Both the position numbers and the translations under genes were made by a program. Positions 57,721 through 64,000 of a stretch of DNA of 64,000 nt are shown piece after piece. Origin of the DNA: a virus; the IMG/VR virus record IMGVR_UViG_3300023718_000004, positions 12,819 through 76,818 of that record; one strand, given 5' to 3'. Under the pieces are notes generated by a model, which saw only the letters and a program-made list of their open reading frames with translations, was not told where the DNA came from and did not search any database. Each line of letters begins with the position of its first letter. Position 1 is the stretch's first letter.

Positions 57721-58308
57721 TCAGTGATAGTTTTCTTCATTGAGTAAGTCGTTGAATTTTTCCAACGCCTTAATAGATACTTTGTTATTTGCTTTTTCTG
57801 GTCTGATTGATACGTTTAAGTGAGTATCAATAATGTGCGTCAACTCTCTTGCAAGTGTTTTCTTTCCTTGCTGAAGTCCCTGTCTGTATGTCTTGGGCTG
57901 TTTATATTGCCCTGTTACTTGCTTTCCAGCTAACTGGCCACCAGCTGTAATGTTGTACATCTGGAAGCCTTTATCTGCAAAAGCCTTGATTGTTTCAATT
58001 TCTTTCTGGTCAAGTTCATCCTTTCTACATGTTCTATATGAAAGTTTCCATCCAGTAGGATTACTTTCACTGTAAAACTTATGCTTTTTAAGGCTTAATG
58101 CTATATGGTCATATTCTGCTAAATGGCTCGCACATCTCTCACGAAGTCTAAGCGCTTGTCCCACGTAGCTGCGTCGAATCCCTGCTTCGTCTATCCTATA
58201 AAAAGCATATATGCCACTTGTATTTGGTATCGAAGGGCATATTGATTCAATCATTTTTTCTCTCGCATTTTTCATTGCATATATTTTTTTATAATTTACT
58301 TTTTGCAT
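57721..58308 (-). CDS. GIY-YIG nuclease-domain protein
   Basis: GIYAFYRIDEAGIRRSYVGQA is GIY...YVG. Confidence 0.5.
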   Translation of the reverse strand: MQKVNYKKIYAMKNAREKMIESICPSIPNTSGIYAFYRIDEAGIRRSYVGQALRLRERCASHLAEYDHIALSLKKHKFYSESNPTGWKLSYRTCRKDELDQKEIETIKAFADKGFQMYNITAGGQLAGKQVTGQYKQPKTYRQGLQQGKKTLARELTHIIDTHLNVSIRPEKANNKVSIKALEKFNDLLNEENYH

Positions 58309-59248
58309 TTCTCCTGCCCCTTAACGGTGTGGTTAGTATTTCTTCGATAGACCATCCTAATTCTTTTCTATGATATAAACAGTGTGCGTTTATGCCTATA
58401 ATTTCAGCCCATTCAAGAACTCTATACTTTTCTCCATTGTATTCCCATATTGCAGATTCAGATAAATTCTTACATCTCTTGCTACAATAAACAGCGTCAT
58501 TGAAATGTCCACCTCTCTTGGCATTAAAAGGTTTGTTACAAATTGGGCATATTTTTGTATAATCTTTAATAGTTGGGTGATCTTTGTAATAAAGAATTTT
58601 ACCGCATCTTGGACTGCACGTCTTTTGCCCTTTTCTTTGCTTTAGTTCAAATTGTTTTCCACAAACAGGACATATTAAATACTTGTTTTCTTTTGGTATA
58701 GAGTTTCTTTTATTTTGTGCCTGCTCAGCATTTGTAATAAAACGGCAGTTATCTGGTTCATAATTTCCGTTTACGTCTATTCGGTCAATGGTTAAGATAT
58801 TTATTCCATTACTTGTTTTTTCTTCCTTATATCCATTCTCAATTGCCCATTTGTAAAATAATGTGAAATTATTTTTCCATTCATCACACATTACTATTCC
58901 ACGCCCGCCGTAATTTTTGTACGATTTACATGTTTTACAATAGCAACGATATTTAATACTCTTCCAAAGTGGGTACAGCCTTCCACAGTTATTAGATAGC
59001 CCATGTTTTCTGCTCATATTGCCAATAATTTCTCTATGCAGACATCCACATGACTTCGTTGTTCCTCTTTGTAACCCTGCTTGTCTTACAATAGTTTTAT
59101 TTCCACAATCACAAATGCATTCCCAGCGCTTTGTTCTAACCCCTTTGTCTGAAATAGTATCTTCTGCTCTTTTTATGACGGTGAGTCTCCCGAATTTCTT
59201 GCCTGTCAAATCAATAGTTTTACGCATTAAAAACTCCTTTTTCTGCAC
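58289..59248 (-). CDS. HNH_3-type homing endonuclease-like protein with zinc ribbons
   Basis: N-terminal GRLTVI motif, central IDRIDVNGNYEPDNCRFITNAEQ (HNH_3-like), and several CxxC pairs. Confidence 0.5.
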   Translation of the reverse strand: MQKKEFLMRKTIDLTGKKFGRLTVIKRAEDTISDKGVRTKRWECICDCGNKTIVRQAGLQRGTTKSCGCLHREIIGNMSRKHGLSNNCGRLYPLWKSIKYRCYCKTCKSYKNYGGRGIVMCDEWKNNFTLFYKWAIENGYKEEKTSNGINILTIDRIDVNGNYEPDNCRFITNAEQAQNKRNSIPKENKYLICPVCGKQFELKQRKGQKTCSPRCGKILYYKDHPTIKDYTKICPICNKPFNAKRGGHFNDAVYCSKRCKNLSESAIWEYNGEKYRVLEWAEIIGINAHCLYHRKELGWSIEEILTTPLRGRRNAKSKL

Positions 59249-59282
59249 ACTTCCTCATCACGAAAACTTTTCTATAATTCCT

Positions 59283-59714
59283 CTAACATCCCCCCCTTTC
59301 AATCTGGTCAATGAGTTTCTTGCATTCATCTTTAACATAGGCAAGTGAACGAATTTTGCAATCTGGATCTTTATTTAATTCTCGCCAGCAATCTCCCATT
59401 ATTTTAAGCATTTTTTTGAAGTCTGGTTCTTCTCCGAAATACTGTTCTGCTGTCTCAATATCATAACCATCGAAACAATGAGCACAGTCAAATCCAATCC
59501 ACCATGTATCATCATCGTCACAATCGTGTAGAAATGGTTCTGAATAAGTAACTCCACCATGACAGTCAAGATAACCTAAATCATCAACACTTTTCTTTGC
59601 TAACTTATGGCTGTAAGGTATACCAACATATCCGCATCTGTATGCTCCTGGCATAAACAGAACCACATATGGATAACCTTTGTATGTAGACTTTGTTTCT
59701 AAAACTGGTTTCAT
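59283..59714 (-). CDS. Hypothetical protein
   Basis: 143-aa ORF. Confidence 0.3.
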   Translation of the reverse strand: MKPVLETKSTYKGYPYVVLFMPGAYRCGYVGIPYSHKLAKKSVDDLGYLDCHGGVTYSEPFLHDCDDDDTWWIGFDCAHCFDGYDIETAEQYFGEEPDFKKMLKIMGDCWRELNKDPDCKIRSLAYVKDECKKLIDQIERGGC

Positions 59715-59718
59715 TTAA

Positions 59719-60165
59719 TCACTCCCATTCACTCTCGTATTCATCTTCGCCCTCATCATAGTAACCATTTTCCATGATTTCTTTGAATGCAGCTATTGCC
59801 TTTCTGAACCTGTCACGCAAAACCTGTTCTTTCTGTTCAAGATCATCAATAACCTTTTTTCTTTCTGCGATTTCTTCTAAAAGAGATTTATTCTCTTCTT
59901 CAAGATTGTATCTGGCAATGCGTTTCATGGTTGTTGGATCAAGTTTTACAAGTTCCTTTCCAGTAACGTAAAGAGTTGTTGGATTCATTATTGCCGGCGC
60001 ATACGTTCTTGTCTCGCCATAAACCGATGTAGTTTCTATTTGTTCTGGCGGTTCAGTAATATCCTCAATAGATTCAACATCAAAGCACATCATTTTCTGA
60101 TTGCTAAAATAAATAATCTGTCCTGTTTGTACCATTTCATCACTCCTAACTAAACGGAAATTCAT
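59719..60165 (-). CDS. Hypothetical protein
   Basis: 148-aa ORF, acidic C-terminus. Confidence 0.3.
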   Translation of the reverse strand: MNFRLVRSDEMVQTGQIIYFSNQKMMCFDVESIEDITEPPEQIETTSVYGETRTYAPAIMNPTTLYVTGKELVKLDPTTMKRIARYNLEEENKSLLEEIAERKKVIDDLEQKEQVLRDRFRKAIAAFKEIMENGYYDEGEDEYESEWE

Positions 60166-60571
60166 CTTCCATACTGCCTAAATCTGGCACATCCATGAAA
60201 CTAGGTTCCGGCGGCGGTACTGGTCGTGTATCTGGTTTCTGTGGATTCTCTGTCTGACCTTTGTTTTCTGCAAAATCATGTGATTCCACAAAACAGTCAT
60301 TTGTGTATATTTTTTCACCATTTTGGTTCGTATAACTTCCAGTCTGCCATTTCCCACGCACATTTACTTTCGTGCCTTTTTTAAGATATTTCTCTGCAAA
60401 TTCTGCATTTTTCCCAAGGCATACGCAAGCAATAAAGTCTGATTTTCTTTCTGTATTCTTTTTCACTCTTCTCTCGACAGCCAAAATATATCTTGCAATT
60501 TTGGTATCATTCGTTCCCATTCTGATATCTGGATCGGCAGTTAATCTTCCAGAAAGAATAACAATATTCAC
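60146..60571 (-). CDS. ssb: Single-stranded DNA-binding protein
   Basis: MNIVILSGRLTADPDIR...KWQTGSYTNQNGEKIYT OB-fold pattern, with an acidic C-terminal tail MEDEFPFS. Confidence 0.75.
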   Translation of the reverse strand: MNIVILSGRLTADPDIRMGTNDTKIARYILAVERRVKKNTERKSDFIACVCLGKNAEFAEKYLKKGTKVNVRGKWQTGSYTNQNGEKIYTNDCFVESHDFAENKGQTENPQKPDTRPVPPPEPSFMDVPDLGSMEDEFPFS

Positions 60572-60771
60572 AATTTATCACCTCTCAATCTGAATGTCGC
60601 ATCTAATAAGTGCGTGTTTGATTTTCTTTGTATTCCCTGTTACAACTTCTTCTTTCCCGATAATAAAGGAAATATCATCTTCCGTTACATTGAATCCTTT
60701 TGTTTTTATATGCTCCATGATGATTTCTTTAATTTCCTCTGCGCCGATTCCAATTGTAATTTCCAATGGTG

Positions 60772-61128
60772 TTACCTCCCTGGTTTGTAGGCTGGTGGCA
60801 TTGGTTGCCATGCAATGACTGGGTAATATGCAATTCTGTGTTTTTCTACCATGCCCCATCTTCCACCACCTAAATATGTAAGGGTTGTTGGTAACTCGGC
60901 GTCTTTTATGGTAACGTTGTATTTTATCTTATCTTCTGGGCTTTCTCTCACATCTGGCTCTGGCGGTAACTTCACATCTGTTGGAAACCACATATCCGCA
61001 GAGCTGTAGGAACAAATCAGTTCTTCAACTTTCTTGATTGCATCATTCCATCCTTTGTCGTACTTGCATTCCTGTTCGGAAGGTTTTGGCTTTTTCAGTT
61101 TGTCAAGTGTTTTTAAGAATATTTTCAT
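60772..61128 (-). CDS. Hypothetical protein
   Basis: 118-aa ORF. Confidence 0.3.
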   Translation of the reverse strand: MKIFLKTLDKLKKPKPSEQECKYDKGWNDAIKKVEELICSYSSADMWFPTDVKLPPEPDVRESPEDKIKYNVTIKDAELPTTLTYLGGGRWGMVEKHRIAYYPVIAWQPMPPAYKPGR

Positions 61129-61640
61129 TAATAATCATCCTCCTTTGGCTTTTTAAATGAAATATCAATCGGCATTTTCCATTCGGATTCTGTACACTTA
61201 ACAATAGCCTGTAAAAAAGAAGCAACAATATTCTTTCTGAAATCTGCACCCTTTAGCTGTTTTCTTATCTCTTCTGCAAATTCCTCACGGTTTTCGTTTA
61301 CATATTTTTCAATTTCTTCCTTTACTGTGGTTTTTACAATATCTTCTGCAAGCCAGTCAAAATATGGTTTTGCGTTCCAACTCCCTTTATCGCAAAATTT
61401 TCCTTCTTTATTAACATACCTATTCGTCATTGTTTTTATCGCATCACGTACAATAACGGATGGGTCGCCTAATGCCTTTACGATTCCGGCGTGAACTTCT
61501 TCTTGTATTGCTGCTTTTATTACATCGTCACTGATATTTAAACTCATCATATTTCCCATGTTATAGCTTCTCCTTCCAAAACGGACATAAGTCCAAATTA
61601 ACTTCAAGTCCAGGTCTGGCAATCTGCACCAGCGCATCAT
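61128..61640 (-). CDS. Hypothetical protein
   Basis: 170-aa ORF. Confidence 0.3.
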   Translation of the reverse strand: MMRWCRLPDLDLKLIWTYVRFGRRSYNMGNMMSLNISDDVIKAAIQEEVHAGIVKALGDPSVIVRDAIKTMTNRYVNKEGKFCDKGSWNAKPYFDWLAEDIVKTTVKEEIEKYVNENREEFAEEIRKQLKGADFRKNIVASFLQAIVKCTESEWKMPIDISFKKPKEDDY

Positions 61641-62346
61641 CCCAAACCACCGCTTCTTTTATTTCATTCAAAATCTGTTCCGGGTCAGCTGCTTCATTAC
61701 TCAAATGCACCAATGTTACCGTCCGTAATGCTGTCGTATGGTTTGTATTTACTAGGCTTTTGCAAGTATCTAAGGAACAATGCCCTTTAAGCCTGTGCGT
61801 GTAATTTTCAGCTGTTTTGTCAACCAATTCTTTACAATAGTTGCACTCAATAACCAAGTGGTTCAGTCGCATTTCCTTGAAGTTGTATCGACAAAACTCG
61901 AAGTCCGTCATGTACAGCAGCTTTCCCATCTCTTCATGTTCCACGATATAACCATAATTGAAACACGGAATAAGTTGCCCTGTATCCTTATCCCTTGTAG
62001 TATGCGGCAAATAGAACGGTATTACAGTGAACGAGCCGACCCGAAATGGTCTTTTCTCTGGAACACCTTTCATTAATTCGCCAGTGATGATTTGCAGATG
62101 TTCCACGGTTTCATCATTGGTGTAAATTTGAATGCCTAAATTCATCAGATTTTTAAATGATTCACGGTGATCACCGTGTTCATGCGTCAGAAGCACGCCC
62201 GAAACATCACTTGTTCTGTAGTCAATAGCTTTCAGAATATCTTTGTATCTGCATCCACAGTCCAGAAGAAGCAATTCTCCGCTGTTGGATTTCAAAACAT
62301 AGCAGTTTCCATGTGTACTCCCTGTATTTACTATTCTCATGAACAT
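61561..62346 (-). CDS. MBL-fold metallo-hydrolase
   Basis: LLTHEHGDH (HxHxDH) motif. Confidence 0.65.
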   Translation of the reverse strand: MFMRIVNTGSTHGNCYVLKSNSGELLLLDCGCRYKDILKAIDYRTSDVSGVLLTHEHGDHRESFKNLMNLGIQIYTNDETVEHLQIITGELMKGVPEKRPFRVGSFTVIPFYLPHTTRDKDTGQLIPCFNYGYIVEHEEMGKLLYMTDFEFCRYNFKEMRLNHLVIECNYCKELVDKTAENYTHRLKGHCSLDTCKSLVNTNHTTALRTVTLVHLSNEAADPEQILNEIKEAVVWDDALVQIARPGLEVNLDLCPFWKEKL

Positions 62347-62574
62347 TTTTCATCACCTCGCTTTCTGTTTATTTGTAGCTATTTAAAATTGAAGAAGCAG
62401 TTTCTCCAATCATATTTTTATCGTCCTGCTGATATGGAGGAGCTCCGCGCCATAATTCTTTCATATCTTTTAAATCTGTAGCCACCATTGCGTCCCTTAT
62501 TAATTGAAGCTCTTTAAGCGATAATTCCACAGTCACAATGGAATCCCAATTTATTTTCTTTCTTCCTATTTCTT

Positions 62575-62928
62575 TCATACTTCATCATCCTCCGGGAACT
62601 GAAATACAATGTTTGCCGGTTCGAATTTCATTTCATCTCCACTTGTAAAAGTTCTTATGATTCCAAACCCTTTGGTTGACACCATTTCTAAGAACTTTTT
62701 TTCATCATTTTCCGTAATGTGCATGTTTTGTGAAAAGAATGTTCCTGTATATGTGTTATGTAACATTTTCATAGCATTCTCAGCTTTTTCATCTGTCAAA
62801 TAACGAGCCATGACTGTTCCTTTTTCACCTACCATTGGCACATATGCTCTTATGATATTTCCAGTTCTGCTTAATGATGTGATTTCATAAGGAACATCAA
62901 ACTCTCCGTTCTGTGAAACTAATCTCAT
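62575..62928 (-). CDS. Hypothetical protein
   Basis: 117-aa ORF. Confidence 0.3.
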   Translation of the reverse strand: MRLVSQNGEFDVPYEITSLSRTGNIIRAYVPMVGEKGTVMARYLTDEKAENAMKMLHNTYTGTFFSQNMHITENDEKKFLEMVSTKGFGIIRTFTSGDEMKFEPANIVFQFPEDDEV

Positions 62929-62930
62929 TC

Positions 62931-63344
62931 CTACTCACCTCCGAAAAAAGTTTCTCTCATATCAACAGGCTTATATTTTTTATGCATTAAAGCTTTGTTC
63001 TTTCTGGCTCCCTGTGGGTCATTGCAGACAAATGATTTGCATATCTCCGGTCTAACAGGGTAGATTGAACATTTCTCTTTTGCCTTATCGTCCATCAGAA
63101 ACGGACAGGTTAAATCCATTAATGAAGCAGTGAAATTATGTCTGCATTCCTTGATATGGTGTTTGCGAATATACCACTTGATCTGTTTGATTTCCTTGGA
63201 TGATATCGGTAGAAAATTTGAACAACACGAACCGCATTCTGAACATTTCCCATCTACCGTGAAATCATAAAGTCCGCTGTTCATATTGCTTACAACTTCT
63301 TTAATTGTTTCAATTACACTGCTACTCATGTCAGTTTTCCTCAT
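62931..63344 (-). CDS. YkgJ-family Zn/Fe-chelating (CxxCxxCC) domain protein
   Basis: CSECGSCC motif. Confidence 0.5.
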   Translation of the reverse strand: MRKTDMSSSVIETIKEVVSNMNSGLYDFTVDGKCSECGSCCSNFLPISSKEIKQIKWYIRKHHIKECRHNFTASLMDLTCPFLMDDKAKEKCSIYPVRPEICKSFVCNDPQGARKNKALMHKKYKPVDMRETFFGGE

Positions 63345-63615
63345 TTACGACAATACCGCCGTGGATAATAACTCTCTTTCCGTCCGAATCGTCAAAATAA
63401 ACTTCATTTTCAGATTCGGAAACATCGAACTTTCCAGACCAGGACTTAATTTTACCACCGTTGTAATCGTAAACAGTTACGGTACGGTTCAGACCACCGT
63501 CAATATCACTGGATAGTGATTTTAATGATCTGCTACAGGAAGAACAACCACTAAACATTGTGATTGCTATAACCCCTGTGACTAATACTGCTGTCTTAAT
63601 ACATTTATGCTTCAT
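63331..63615 (-). CDS. Small lipoprotein
   Basis: Signal peptide MKHKCIKTAVLVTGVIAITMFSGCSS with an FSGC lipobox. Confidence 0.45.
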   Translation of the reverse strand: MKHKCIKTAVLVTGVIAITMFSGCSSCSRSLKSLSSDIDGGLNRTVTVYDYNGGKIKSWSGKFDVSESENEVYFDDSDGKRVIIHGGIVVNEEN

Positions 63616-63790
63616 TTTGGCTCTCCTTTTACATTGTAAGTCGGATTATAATGAGTACCACATATGTAATAACATTTAAAAGAATAATTAAATTGGTTCG
63701 ATTGTATTCATTTTTTCGAATAAAAGTTACTATCCATCCCAAAAGTGATATTAAAAGCAAAATAATAAGCACAATTGTGGAGGTTTCCAT

Positions 63791-64000
63791 CCTACATTTC
63801 CTCCTGGCTCATAAATGACGGAATTTCTGTTTCCACTGGCTCTGATTCCGGAACTGGTTCTTTTTCTGTTGTTTTTACGGTTTCGGCTACGGTTGGCTGC
63901 TTTGGCTTTTCTTCGATTGTTTCTGGCTGTGGAATGAATGCTTCTGTATTTGCATTCTCACTAATTTCATAAGCAACGTCTTGTTCAATAATATCCTGTT
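63791..64000 (-). CDS. C-terminal fragment of a Pro/Glu-rich protein that runs off the window end
   Basis: Open minus-strand frame to position 64000, ending ...EIPSFMSQEEM with a TAG stop (plus-strand cta at 63791-63793). Confidence 0.3.

Larger units (their letters stand above)
1..64000. mobile_element. Siphovirus-like temperate phage/prophage genome segment (SPP1-type replication module, lambda-E-like capsid, large serine recombinase); boundaries lie outside the window
   Basis: Contiguous terminase, portal, scaffold, capsid, connector, tail, TMP and Tal genes on one strand, plus a replication module and a recombinase. No housekeeping genes are visible. Confidence 0.85.

Overview
The window looks like a temperate siphovirus-like phage or prophage segment from a Firmicutes (probably Clostridia) host. 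Nearly all genes are on the minus strand. Reading the minus strand from 64 kb down to 1, the order is: (1) an early/replication region (60-47 kb) with SSB, an MBL-fold hydrolase, a CxxCxxCC Fe-S/Zn protein, HNH_3 and GIY-YIG homing-endonuclease-like genes, an SNF2-type helicase plus an orphan DNA methyltransferase, a radical-SAM protein, and an SPP1-type replisome organizer (G38P-like, with an in-gene iteron origin) followed by a G39P-like helicase loader; (2) a large serine recombinase (44.9-46.6 kb) next to a 4-kb ORF-poor or plus-strand region with an RHH gene embedded in an array of 13-mer repeats; (3) a cluster of four tRNA genes (35.0-36.0 kb); (4) small genes, an SPFH/prohibitin-like cassette, the large terminase, portal, scaffold, decoration and major capsid proteins and a head-tail connector; (5) a 4.3-kb non-structural insert (20.6-24.9 kb) with a sigma-70 region-4-like protein, an XhlA-like protein, Q/N-rich, Gly-rich and Cys-rich proteins and two adjacent HExxH (ImmA/IrrE-like) peptidases; (6) neck proteins, major tail protein, a G/GT-type chaperone pair with a candidate -1 frameshift, and a 1579-aa tape measure protein; (7) an 8.4-kb moron island (4.1-12.5 kb) with an HNH-domain protein followed by a second, oriR-like copy of the iteron cluster, a membrane-protein/lipoprotein pair, a DUF1653 protein, a secreted Big_2 protein, a 700-bp palindrome-dense intergenic region, an RHH protein, an antirepressor-like protein, an HNH endonuclease and a Rha regulator; (8) a Dit-like protein and a collagen-repeat tail protein that runs off the window start. 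Three operon starts carry the same 28-bp motif followed by a terminator-like hairpin, which suggests antitermination control. I rate the 20.6-24.9 kb non-structural cargo cluster inside the head-tail module as the most interesting feature.
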